Shown piece after piece: positions 38,788 through 48,354 of a DNA stretch of 64,000 nucleotides. The position numbers were made by a program, and so were the translations under genes. Position 1 is the first letter of the stretch; every line of letters begins with the position of its first letter. Location of the stretch: assembly GCA_963701105.1 (NCBI GenBank), contig OY969565.1, positions 1,101,086-1,165,085 of the forward strand, in the 5' to 3' direction. The DNA comes from an uncultured Actinomycetota bacterium (lineage in GTDB: Bacteria; Actinomycetota; Thermoleophilia; RBG-16-64-13). The notes under the pieces were generated by a model. The model was not told the origin of the DNA, did no database searches, and saw nothing but the letters and a program-made list of their open reading frames with translations.

Positions 38788-38811
38788 GTACCTCAGGACT
38801 CCTGTCCTGAG
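38788..38811 (+). repeat. REP-like hairpin, second copy
   Basis: GTAC-CTCAGGAC-TCCT-GTCCTGAG, same orientation as 33627-33650. Confidence 0.8.
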
Positions 38812-38832
38812 ATAAATAATTAAGTTGAAAAT

Positions 38833-38856
38833 AAAAAAGGGAGCCGCAGCTCCCTT
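38833..38856 (-). terminator. Intrinsic terminator of 38883..40892
   Basis: Minus strand GGGAGC-TGCG-GCTCCC followed by TTTTTT. Confidence 0.85.
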
Positions 38857-38882
38857 AATAATCACCAACAAAATTACCTGGA

Positions 38883-40892
38883 TTATTTGATAAGGACCAT
38901 CTTTTTAACTGCAGTATAACTGCGGGCTTTTATACTGTACGTATAAACTCCGCTCGGCATATCTTGTGCATTCCATGTAAGCTCATATGTGCCCGCTTGT
39001 TTCTCTTCATTAACAAGGGTTGTAACTTCTTTACCAAGCATATCAAAAACTTTTACCACAACTTTTGATGATTGTGGAATTGAATATTTTATTTTCGTAC
39101 TTGGATTAAACGGATTGGGATAGTTCTGTGAAAGTGTAAATGATGATGGAGCAATCCCTACTTCAACTACTCCTGAATATTTAAAAGTCCCGTCATTATC
39201 AATTTGTTTTAACCTGTAATAAAGTTTATTTGATTTTACATCAGATAGTTTATCAGAATACAGGTAATGCTGTGGTTCTGATGTTGTTCCCTTTCCTTCT
39301 ATAAAACCAATCGTTCTCCATTCATTTTTTTCAGAACTTCTTTCAATATTAAATCCGCGGTTATTTAATTCTGTTGCTGTTGTCCAGTCAAGAGTAACAA
39401 CATCCGCAGATGCAGAAGCCGAGAATGAGGTAAGTTCTACAGGAACAATACCTGAGGTGATATAACTGTAATAAACATCCTGTTCATTATTAAATGTAGC
39501 AGCCCATGCAAGACGCGCACCTAAACTATCGGAAACCATATGGAAGTAATCACCCATCTTATCCTGGTTCGGCCAGCCAACGTTAGGATCAAAATAATCC
39601 GACATTCTTTCATTCGGCGACCAGGTTACTCCCTGATCAGTGGAATTGGAATAATATAAAGCCGATAAATTAGTTCCGGGATGATCGCGTGTATCCAGCC
39701 ATACTGCATCGATGCGTCCGGTGGGAGCAACGGACATAGTACCGAACCATTGAATTGCTGAAGTTCCGGGATCATCATTAACTCTTACAGGTGCACTGAA
39801 ACTTGCTCCGCTGTTTGTACTACGGGCAAACATAACATCAAGGGGATCATTGTTAGAATTTCTTACAACCGAACATAATAAGTAAATGTTTCCGTTGGAA
39901 GGTCCGCCGGAAGTGTCTATGGCTATTGATGTTTGTCCTCCAAGTCCGTCGGGATTTGGTCCGATACCATAAGTAATATAACCATCAAGATTAACCGAAG
40001 TTGCCATATCCCATGTTACCGGTTGTCCGGATATCTGTGCATTTGAAGATCTTGCAACCACGAAATCGAATGAGCCGGATGCGCCGACATAAAGTTTGCC
40101 GTCAGGACCAACCATGATTGTACCCCAGGACGGATCATTAGGAATCGTAATGCAGTCTTCAAAACTTGAACCGTTATCGGTTGAACGAGTAAAAAATCCG
40201 GGATAACATGTACTGAAGTAACTTGTCCAGAAAGCATAAATATGTCCGTTACCAGGTCCATCAGTTTTATCAATAGTCATCCATTGTTTATCACCGCCAT
40301 GTGCATCAACACCACCATCCCACGATTCTCCGCCATTGCTTGATTTAAATACTTTACAATAATAGTCCGGGTTATTTGTTAAACTGTTGTAATAAAAATT
40401 TCCATTAACATCATAATCAAGCACAGGGTCTGAACGGAAAAAACCGGGCTGTATTACACCGGGGAAGGTCCACGTTTGTCCGTCGTCTGTTGTATATCCG
40501 TATCCTGCCTGCCGGAAATTATTGGTAACAGTGTTAAACTGCCTCCATCCTATCACCATTTTATTATGATCATTCGGATCAATGGCCATTGAAGGTTCGT
40601 TTGCGGCATCGCCTACTATATTCAGTCCGTTTGCATCAACATTAACCTGTACAGTAGTAATCCCTGCATTTGTATAATGATAGGCCGGTGATCTTCCAAG
40701 ATCATCTCTTGAAACAGGAACATAATCATCATCCTTAACCTCGTGATGAAGCCTCGGATCATGACGATTGCCATTTTGTTTTTCGTTTGTTTGAGAAAAA
40801 ATCAGGTTTGGTGAGACAAGAACAATTATAATCAGGAAAGAAAACAAACTGGTTATAAAATTCATTTTTTTTGGTTCAGATATGCTACTCAT
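38883..40892 (-). CDS. Secreted sialidase-like (Asp-box/BNR propeller) protein with T9SS type A C-terminal domain
   Basis: Asp-boxes TTDDGQTW, SSNGGESW, STDNGSSF, STNSGASF and STDQGVTW; PVELTSF domain; SQNYPNPFNP...KKMVLIK. Start moved to the ATG preceded by GGGAG. Confidence 0.8.
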   Translation of the reverse strand: MSSISEPKKMNFITSLFSFLIIIVLVSPNLIFSQTNEKQNGNRHDPRLHHEVKDDDYVPVSRDDLGRSPAYHYTNAGITTVQVNVDANGLNIVGDAANEPSMAIDPNDHNKMVIGWRQFNTVTNNFRQAGYGYTTDDGQTWTFPGVIQPGFFRSDPVLDYDVNGNFYYNSLTNNPDYYCKVFKSSNGGESWDGGVDAHGGDKQWMTIDKTDGPGNGHIYAFWTSYFSTCYPGFFTRSTDNGSSFEDCITIPNDPSWGTIMVGPDGKLYVGASGSFDFVVARSSNAQISGQPVTWDMATSVNLDGYITYGIGPNPDGLGGQTSIAIDTSGGPSNGNIYLLCSVVRNSNNDPLDVMFARSTNSGASFSAPVRVNDDPGTSAIQWFGTMSVAPTGRIDAVWLDTRDHPGTNLSALYYSNSTDQGVTWSPNERMSDYFDPNVGWPNQDKMGDYFHMVSDSLGARLAWAATFNNEQDVYYSYITSGIVPVELTSFSASASADVVTLDWTTATELNNRGFNIERSSEKNEWRTIGFIEGKGTTSEPQHYLYSDKLSDVKSNKLYYRLKQIDNDGTFKYSGVVEVGIAPSSFTLSQNYPNPFNPSTKIKYSIPQSSKVVVKVFDMLGKEVTTLVNEEKQAGTYELTWNAQDMPSGVYTYSIKARSYTAVKKMVLIK

Positions 40893-41115
40893 AATATTTC
40901 TCCCGGTTAAGTGTGGGAAGTATAAAAAATTTATTTTCCCTAATTTACAAAATATATTGATGTTACACTTCAACAAAATAAATTTCTTTCTTCCGGGAAA
41001 ACTAAGTGGAAGTTTCACTAGGCGATGGCTGTGCATCAATTATTGTAAAAAATATCAATCTAAAGTCTTAACCCGCCAGAGCTATATTCCTTTTTTATAT
41101 ACGGATAAAAAATGA

Positions 41116-43296
41116 TTAAAGAACTATATTGACAGCAATATTTGCAACCACACCGTCAAGTGGTGCATAGATTTGTTTAAAAGTTGGATTACTTATTGGT
41201 GGATTATAAATTTTTTCATATTTGGTTTGTCTTACATCGAATAAATTTTCAACATTTGTAATTACCGAAAAATGATTGAAATATTTCTGGAACATCACAC
41301 CTATTGTCTAGTAATCCGGTGACTTTGTTCCGTTATTCAGATATTCTCTCCCTGTATAAAATGCCTCAATACCTGTTCTCCAATTGCTTTCTTCTTCAAG
41401 AGTAAGAGTAATGTTTATTTTACTTTTTGGCGTAAGCTGAATAAAATTGCTGTAATTTGCAAAAACCTGTTCGGCTTGTGTATATGTATATTCGAAATAA
41501 AATTCAAAATCTTCTAGCGACAGATGTATATTTGTATCAAGTCCCTTTGCTTTCAATTCTGATAAAGAATTGTAAAAATAATATCCCGGCAGCTTTCTCA
41601 AGCTAAGACTATCTTCCCCAAGCATAACCGGATCAGTTACCAGTGTATAATAAAAGGCCTGATTAAAATTCAGATTTATAATGTTAAATAATATCGTTTT
41701 ATAATTTAAGTCAGCACTTAGAGAATAAGATCTCTCAGCTTTTATAACTGTAGAAATAGGCATCACATCATTAAAAATTCTTTCTTCAGCTTCATTAGTA
41801 AATGCGGTGGGTATTTTATAACCCAGTCCACCACCTAACCTGATATCGAAATTTTTATTAAGCTTATAAAATAAAAACGATTGGGGAAGCACAAAATATT
41901 TGTACTTATTCTGATAATCAGTTCTGAATCCGAGTTGCCAGATCAGATTATCATTAATTTCCCAATTATCCATAGCAAACAGACCCAACGTGTAATGATT
42001 ATAATTAAAATTTACCGGAGAACTCTCAACATGGCTAAATTTATCCGAATTAAAATTTAGACCGAACACAAATTTATTTGTCTCCAGATTCATTAAATAT
42101 GATAATTCGGTAAATGTTGTAAATTGCTTTCCGCTAAAAACATCTGACAAAGAATTAATTTTTCTATAGTAACTGTTCAGACTGTTTTTAAAAGTTAAAC
42201 TACTGCCGCCGGAAAAATTATACTTATACTTAAATTCAGAATTATATCTTAATGACTTATTCTCAAGTAAATATTTATGTAAAGAATCCGGTTTCCCGTT
42301 AACAGCCAAAAGATCTCCCCCCTTCCGATGATCATAAGAAAAAGATAATTGTTCTGATAACGTCTGGTTTTCATTTATATAATAAAATAACTTTGGCGTT
42401 ATATTAGCCTGTTGGAATTTTGGAATATCTGTAAATCCATCGTGATCTACATCTACTGCTTTCTGAATATTATAATCTGAGAACATGGTGAGACCGAATT
42501 TGTTCTTCCTTCCGGTAAAATATCCGCTAAAGTCTGTTTCCCCTTTTTGTGTCTGATTAAATAGAAATGAAAACTTCGGTATTTCGGACGGCATTTTAGT
42601 AACCAAATTTACAATTCCGGCGATTGCATCCCCACCGTATAATGTAGATGCAGAACCTTTGACAACTTCTACTTGTTGAAGATTTAGTGGTGGTATTTGT
42701 AATAAGCTTAATCCGGATGAAAAACCGCTGTAAATAGGAAAACCATCGCTTATCAGTTGAGTATATTCCGCCGGCAATCCCTGTATTCTAATTGCCACAT
42801 TTCCTGAAGCGGCTGAAGTTTGCTGTAGCAATACTCCTGATGTTTCACCAAGCAGCTTTGATATATTCCCGGGTTTAATCCCTATTTCTTCATTTACCTC
42901 ATCAGGTCCCAATACTTCAACTCTTACTGGTGTATTGGAAATTCTGTTCTCAGTCCTGGTTGACGAAACGATAATTTGGTTGAGATCAACACTTTGCTGT
43001 TGAAGAAATAATACTCTTATTTTATTTGGATTTTTTTCAGGAAAAGAAATCTTTAGTTCTTTTGTTTTATATCCGATATACGAAAATACTATTGTGTAAT
43101 TGCCTTCAGGGATATTTCTGATTTCAATCTTTCCATTTGAATTGGAAGCGGCTCCTTTATCTATAGATTCTATGAATGCATTAACCCCAATTAATGATTC
43201 ATTAGTGAGACTATCCTTTACAATTGCTTTGAAAGAGTTTTGAGAAAATATTACTCCTGTATATAAAATAAATAAAATAAATATCTTTGATTTCAT
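41116..43296 (-). pseudogene. TonB-dependent receptor interrupted by an in-frame TAG at 41308-41310
   Basis: CarboxypepD-like N-domain, plug (IRIQGLPAEYTQLISDG, QQVEVVKGSASTLYGGDAIAGIVN) and barrel. Reading continues in frame after the stop: SPDY*TIGVMFQKYF...NVENLFDVRQ...YAPLDG...NIVL. Confidence 0.85.
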
Positions 43297-43336
43297 AAAT
43301 GCTAATTAAATAATCAAAAATAAATCTATATAATTC

Positions 43337-43355
43337 TATAATGATTATCTTTAAT
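43337..43355. promoter_or_regulatory. Candidate Fur box upstream of the TBDR
   Basis: TATAATGATTATCTTTAAT matches GATAATGATTATCATTATC at 15/19; 41-59 nt upstream of the ATG. AT-rich context lowers specificity. Confidence 0.45.
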
Positions 43356-43398
43356 TTATAATTCAAATAAGCGATTTAACAGAGTTATCATTTAAGTT

Positions 43399-43911
43399 TT
43401 ATTTCCTGCGTTCAAATATTTTATTTCCATACTTTTGTAAATACCGGTACTCATGCCACACCAATAAAATAATTACCATATCCAGAACAGAGAGGAGCAA
43501 AAGTCCGGTTGAGTGTGTCAGCGAAAATCGGTACATCTGGTATGCGAGGAACACCAAAAGGAACCAGATTGCCGTTACATATGCCCATATTTTATTGCGC
43601 CACAAAGCAATAAAAAGACCAATCTTAATAAGCCCGTGGACAAGCAGATATACTGATGCAAAAATTGTTGTCCCGGCAGATATATGATGGGTAGTATTCA
43701 CAATGTAATTTGCGACAACATCATGAGGATCTTCTGAAAGTTCGTGCGAGGTTAGAAATGCAGCTACAGCGGTAAGTGATGCTTTACCAAACACAGCAAG
43801 TACAATACTACCAATAGTTTCAAGTACTCCATCCAATCCTTTAAATGCGATTCCGAATTTGAATAATTTGTGAAGACGATTTTCTGACATTAATAAATGA
43901 AAACTTTTCAT
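43399..43911 (-). CDS. DUF2127-family membrane protein
   Basis: Motifs KGLDGVLE, ELSEDPHDVVA, YLLVHGLIK and YQMYRF...LLLSVLD. Confidence 0.8.
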   Translation of the reverse strand: MKSFHLLMSENRLHKLFKFGIAFKGLDGVLETIGSIVLAVFGKASLTAVAAFLTSHELSEDPHDVVANYIVNTTHHISAGTTIFASVYLLVHGLIKIGLFIALWRNKIWAYVTAIWFLLVFLAYQMYRFSLTHSTGLLLLSVLDMVIILLVWHEYRYLQKYGNKIFERRK

Positions 43912-44127
43912 TTTATTGAAATCCGACTAATTAACTTGCCTGCATTAGATTGAGTTATCAAAGTCTCTTATAATAAATAATTATTATATGCTGTCTTGTG
44001 ATTTGATGTCAGGATTAAAAAGAGACAAAAATTTATTTAATTTTTTTGGAATTAATCTTAAAAAAATGAGTTAAAAATTTTAACAAAAAGTTGAAGACTT
44101 TTTTCTCCGGACAAAGAGTTGATCTTG

Positions 44128-44156
44128 TTGACATTAAATCCTTAAAATTTTAAGTT
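44128..44156 (+). promoter_or_regulatory. Primary-sigma promoter of the AraC-type regulator
   Basis: TTGACA-N17-TAAGTT, the same form as the tonB promoter. Confidence 0.55.
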
Positions 44157-44248
44157 AAAATAAAGAGCCTATCCTAATCCAAGAATTTCTCATCCTGAAA
44201 AAACTACTTAGGCTTCAAAGTACCTTTTGAAATTTTAAGGGAAAGAAA

Positions 44249-45364
44249 ATGCCAATTTACATGGATATACATGATACAACCGAAGCAACGGTAGAAGATG
44301 TTGCTGCCGATCATCAAAGAGATTTTGCTTTACAGGATGATTTTAATTGTAAATTCATTTATTTCTGGCACGACATTCCCAATAACACTGGATTCTGCGT
44401 GTTTGAAGCACCGGAAAAAGAATGCGTAATTAATTTGCACAACGCATCACATGGGCATACTCCCAATCAAATAATCGAGGTTGAGCTAAGTGAGGTAGAA
44501 TTTTTCCTGGGTAAAGTTGCCGATATAGCATGGAATAAAAATAATCATCCCTTTGAGGGATACATTAGTAAAACAGCACACCGTGCTATTATGTCTCTGG
44601 AAATTAATAATCCGTTATTCTTAAAACTCCAAATCAATAAAGATAAATTTGCTGAGGCAGAAAACTTGCATAAAAAAATCATTAATGATTCTCTTTTAAA
44701 ATTGGAAGGGAACAAAGTATCGTGGGAAAAGGGAAACATTTTGATTTCTTTTCTATCCGGAGAAAATGCAATAAATTGTGCCGCAGAAATCCAACACAAA
44801 TTTAGTACTCCTGCAAATGAAGAAAATATTGAAACCAGTGTTTCAATAGGATTAAACCTTGGTGCACCGGTTACGAAAAGTGATGATCTTTTTGGAGATG
44901 TTATAAGCCTTGCGAATAAATTAGGATATTTTGCAGGGCAAAATCGGGTACTTATATCATCTTCATTAGGTAAAGTATATAACTACCTGAAAAATAAAAC
45001 CGGTCTCAGGAATGGTTTTATTAAAGTTGTTAATTCACGAAATGAACAATTCATAAATGAGCTTTTCGAAGCTCTTGAAAAAAAATGGAATCTTAAAGAG
45101 TTTAACATAGATAATTTGGTTAAGCAGTTTGGAATGAGCAGAGCACAATTGTATAGAAGAATTTTAAATTTGACCGGTCATTCACCTAACAATTTTATAA
45201 GGGAAGTAAGATTAAAAAATGCAGTAAGAATGATTGAGGAACAAAAGGGCAGTATTTCCGAAATTGCGTATGAATCTGGGTTTAATAATCCATCTTATTT
45301 TTCAAGATGTTTCTTTAAAAAATATGGAATTCAACCCTCAGAGTATGCACGCGAGATAATTTAA
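44249..45364 (+). CDS. DUF4242 (SCO4226-like) + degenerate class III cyclase-like + AraC HTH regulator
   Basis: MPIYMDIH...HQRD...FCVFEAP...HNASHGH..QIIEV; central LGAPVT..DDLFGD; C-terminal GMSRAQLYRRI...SPNNFI...ISEIAYESGFNNPSYFSRCF. Confidence 0.85.
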   Translation: MPIYMDIHDTTEATVEDVAADHQRDFALQDDFNCKFIYFWHDIPNNTGFCVFEAPEKECVINLHNASHGHTPNQIIEVELSEVEFFLGKVADIAWNKNNHPFEGYISKTAHRAIMSLEINNPLFLKLQINKDKFAEAENLHKKIINDSLLKLEGNKVSWEKGNILISFLSGENAINCAAEIQHKFSTPANEENIETSVSIGLNLGAPVTKSDDLFGDVISLANKLGYFAGQNRVLISSSLGKVYNYLKNKTGLRNGFIKVVNSRNEQFINELFEALEKKWNLKEFNIDNLVKQFGMSRAQLYRRILNLTGHSPNNFIREVRLKNAVRMIEEQKGSISEIAYESGFNNPSYFSRCFFKKYGIQPSEYAREII

Positions 45365-45450
45365 TCCGTACCCTTAACAATCCGGAATAAATATAAACAA
45401 ACCTACCATCTCTCCTTTTTATTTTATTAAATAATTTGCCAACATAGAAC

Positions 45451-45483
45451 AAATGTGCTAGCATTTGAATTAAATGTGAGAGC
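45451..45483 (+). promoter_or_regulatory. Direct repeats 21 bp apart (putative AraC-family site), then TATAAT at 45503-45508
   Basis: AAATGTGCTAGC (45451) and AAATGTGAGAGC (45472). Confidence 0.55.
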
Positions 45484-45609
45484 TAAATACTCATTTTAAA
45501 ATTATAATTGTATTAGTTCCCGGCCAATAATAATAACTTCTGTTTTTTTACTTTGTTGGTATCGGAATTCCAAAAAACCAGTCATAAATAAATAAAAAAG
45601 GAGTTCGAT

Positions 45610-46107
45610 ATGAAAAAGCTGTTTATACCTCTCTTCGTTTTCTCATTTTTGTTTGTTCTGGGATGTGAGCAAAGCCAATCCACAGAACCTGCAGCAACCA
45701 TACAGAACAACTCTGGTTCAGAAGTACTGCGAAAACCGGTGTTCGATAATATATTTGAAGCTCATCAGAACCTTGTAGATGTATTTGCTACACAGGATGC
45801 AGAAGCTATGGCTGCCTTATATACGCAGGACGCACAGCTTATGCCGCCTAATGGAGATTTTATTACCGGTAATACTGCCGTGGGGGCTTTTTGGAGCTCA
45901 ATGTTTACTTCGGGTTTTGATGGTTTAACAATCGAAACCCTGGAAGTTTATGGTAATGGAAATAATGCGGCAGAAGTCGGGTTGTGGTCTCTTTTTCTGA
46001 ATGGAGAAAATTATGACAATGGAAAGTTCATTGTGATCTGGAAAAAGATACAAGGCAAGTGGCACGTGCACCGCGACTGCTTTAACTCAAGTAATCCGGC
46101 TCCATAA
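45610..46107 (+). CDS. SnoaL-like/DUF4440 (NTF2-fold) lipoprotein
   Basis: Lipobox VLGC; DAEAMAALYTQDAQLMPPN...DNGKFIVIWKK..GKWHVHRD. Confidence 0.85.
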   Translation: MKKLFIPLFVFSFLFVLGCEQSQSTEPAATIQNNSGSEVLRKPVFDNIFEAHQNLVDVFATQDAEAMAALYTQDAQLMPPNGDFITGNTAVGAFWSSMFTSGFDGLTIETLEVYGNGNNAAEVGLWSLFLNGENYDNGKFIVIWKKIQGKWHVHRDCFNSSNPAP

Positions 46108-46223
46108 TAATTCCATAACCGGCACTATCCCATTGAGGGAATAGTAAAAGATTGAAGACCGCGAAATTAAAAACCATTTGTAATTAAATCCTTCATTAAA
46201 TTAAATGGAAAATAGAGCCGTTA

Positions 46224-46257
46224 ATAATTAAGCCCTCAATATTGAGGGCTTAATTAT
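46224..46257. terminator. Perfect 34-bp palindrome between convergent genes
   Basis: ATAATTAAGCCCTCAAT|ATTGAGGGCTTAATTAT. Confidence 0.65.
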
Positions 46258-46337
46258 ACAATAACATCAATTCCTATTAGACTTACTTTGCAGAAAAAGA
46301 AGTAGCAAACTAACATTTCAAATAAAATTGAAAAAGT

Positions 46338-48203
46338 TTACCTGAGAAGGATCATCTTCTTGGTTTGTATAAAATCTCCTGCTCTTAGTTGATAGAAATA
46401 AACTCCGCTTGGTAAGTTGGCTGCGTTAAACTCTACTGAATAATTCCCCGCTGATTTATCTTCGTTAACTAAAGTCGTTACTTCTTCGCCCAACAGGTTA
46501 AAGAGTTTCAAACTAACTTTACTAATCTCAGCTATTGAATAATTTATTGTCGTACTCGGGTTAAATGGATTAGGATAGTTTTGTTCAAGTGCAAATTCAT
46601 TTGGTAAAGCTGTTTCTTCTTCAATGCCAACCACAATACCATCGAACTCATCTGCACCAATATCAGGAGTTATTGCATTACGCGTATCTCCATCAAAGTC
46701 CATATCTATTCCCGGGATTGGGGTGCCTCGTGATTCAATATATGTAGCGATTGTATCATCAATATGTAAAAATGGTTCAATGAAATGTGGCATTTCAATA
46801 TAACTTTGTAAATCGTTTGCAGTTGCCTGCCAATCTGCTAATGTGTTGTATCTAGTGCTTCCAATTCTTACTAATGTATTATTCTGGTTTGGCGCGTAAT
46901 ATAGAATGTTATTATCTGAAGTAAGGTTTGTAGCTGTGTGATCATAAATTGCTGACGCACAATAGGGAGAATCAACTCTTGTGTTTACTAAGATATTATT
47001 CTTTAATGTTACGTTTGAACAGGAATGATGTATGTAAAATGCAGCGGAACCCTGATGATTGGCCCCAGTACCTGAAAGATAAACTGAGTTATAGAAAATG
47101 TTCGGATTATTTTGCTGCCAGATTTGGATTCCGGCAACTCTACTGTCGGGCCAAGTCGATGTACTTTGAATATCGTATATCATATTATTATAAACCATAT
47201 TACCACTCCCTGTCTTACCAACATCACCGGATAATTGAATCCCTGTTGAATGAATCCCACTAAGAGATTTAAAATTATGGACTATATTGTTTCTAATTGT
47301 ATCACTGGCACCCCAATATGAGTTTATTCCCTTATTAACACCATCCCATGTATTATTGTTATAAAGTTTGAGATTTTTAACGATATTATTTTCAGCAACT
47401 GCATTTTGAGATTTTTCGATTTGAATTCCCCAGGCAATTAAGCTGTCGGTCTCAGAACCAACTTTATTCCCTCTGATAACATTGCCTATATGTTTTGTAT
47501 TTGCATTTGCCCAAGAAGCTGTAACAACTATTGCGGCCCCTGCTTTTTTAATAAAATTGTTTTGAATGAGATTACTATCAGGTGCGAAAGGAGAATTAAC
47601 TGAGCACACCAAAAAGATTCCTATCCCTGTCCTGGATATATCCTCACAGATAACGATTACGTTTTGAATAATGTTGTGATCCGCATCATTAGAAAATACA
47701 ATCCCATTGTTTTCAACATATTGTTGGTTGAAAACAGAGTGGACAGTAAGCGTAGTTGTACCTTCATAGCTCACGCCATCCAATGTCAAATAGCTTATAT
47801 CATTAAATGTCAATACAAAACTCCAATTACCCTCAATTGTGACATTTGTATTTGCCGCAGGTTTTATTATAACCCTGCTATTTGGTCCAGCCCCTGATAT
47901 TGGTCCATTTAACAAAAATCCAAAAGTATCAGGAGGTGCTATGTATAGATCATCTATTAATTCAAGTGTAACCTCCCCGGCAATACCGTCAATACTGAGT
48001 TTGTTAAATGCAGAATCAATTGTTGGAAAATCGCCTCCAGTGCCAACAGAATAAGTACCGGCAGGTAGAGGATCGAGTACTAGCTTTTGAAATTTTTCAG
48101 GAATTGTAAAATCATAACCTCTTCTTATTGAACCAAGTTCCTGTGAAAAACATATTTGCGATAGCAGCAAAAGGAAAAACAAGGTTTGTAAAATAGTTTT
48201 CAT
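46338..48203 (-). CDS. Secreted right-handed beta-helix protein with T9SS C-terminal domain
   Basis: Signal peptide ending CFS|Q; GTYSVGTGGDFPTI; repeated NNII/NNIV/NNMI beta-helix rungs; DFDGDTRN..TPDIGADEF; EQNYPNPFNP tail. Confidence 0.8.
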   Translation of the reverse strand: MKTILQTLFFLLLLSQICFSQELGSIRRGYDFTIPEKFQKLVLDPLPAGTYSVGTGGDFPTIDSAFNKLSIDGIAGEVTLELIDDLYIAPPDTFGFLLNGPISGAGPNSRVIIKPAANTNVTIEGNWSFVLTFNDISYLTLDGVSYEGTTTLTVHSVFNQQYVENNGIVFSNDADHNIIQNVIVICEDISRTGIGIFLVCSVNSPFAPDSNLIQNNFIKKAGAAIVVTASWANANTKHIGNVIRGNKVGSETDSLIAWGIQIEKSQNAVAENNIVKNLKLYNNNTWDGVNKGINSYWGASDTIRNNIVHNFKSLSGIHSTGIQLSGDVGKTGSGNMVYNNMIYDIQSTSTWPDSRVAGIQIWQQNNPNIFYNSVYLSGTGANHQGSAAFYIHHSCSNVTLKNNILVNTRVDSPYCASAIYDHTATNLTSDNNILYYAPNQNNTLVRIGSTRYNTLADWQATANDLQSYIEMPHFIEPFLHIDDTIATYIESRGTPIPGIDMDFDGDTRNAITPDIGADEFDGIVVGIEEETALPNEFALEQNYPNPFNPSTTINYSIAEISKVSLKLFNLLGEEVTTLVNEDKSAGNYSVEFNAANLPSGVYFYQLRAGDFIQTKKMILLR

Positions 48204-48227
48204 TAATCCTCCTAAATATTTTAATTC

Positions 48228-48252
48228 GAGCGAGTCATCGACTCGCTCCTAC
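48228..48252 (-). repeat. GTAG-REP-like hairpin
   Basis: Minus strand GTAG-GAGCGAGTC-GAT-GACTCGCTC. Confidence 0.75.
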
Positions 48253-48260
48253 TTTTTTAT

Positions 48261-48349
48261 TGTCATCCCGAATCTACCTTTCGGCAGACAGGTTCATTTC
48301 TGGATCTACCGATAAATAGTCAAAATTCTGAAACAAGTTCAGAATGACA
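48261..48349. mobile_element. MITE/REP-like element copy 2 with an internal GGCAG-type insert
   Basis: TGTCATCCCGAA[TCTACCTTTCGGCAGACAGG]TTCATTTCTGGATCT...ATTCTGAAACAAGTTCAGAATGACA. Confidence 0.65.
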
Positions 48350-48354
48350 ATAAA

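Noticed and set aside
41308-41310. Genome-wide amber recoding (TAG as Gln or pyrrolysine)
   Set aside because: TAG is the normal stop of intact genes here (Sel1 at 1564-1566, CDF at 5002-5004, asnS at 20117-20119, GH-like at 51981-51983), and no other gene needs readthrough.
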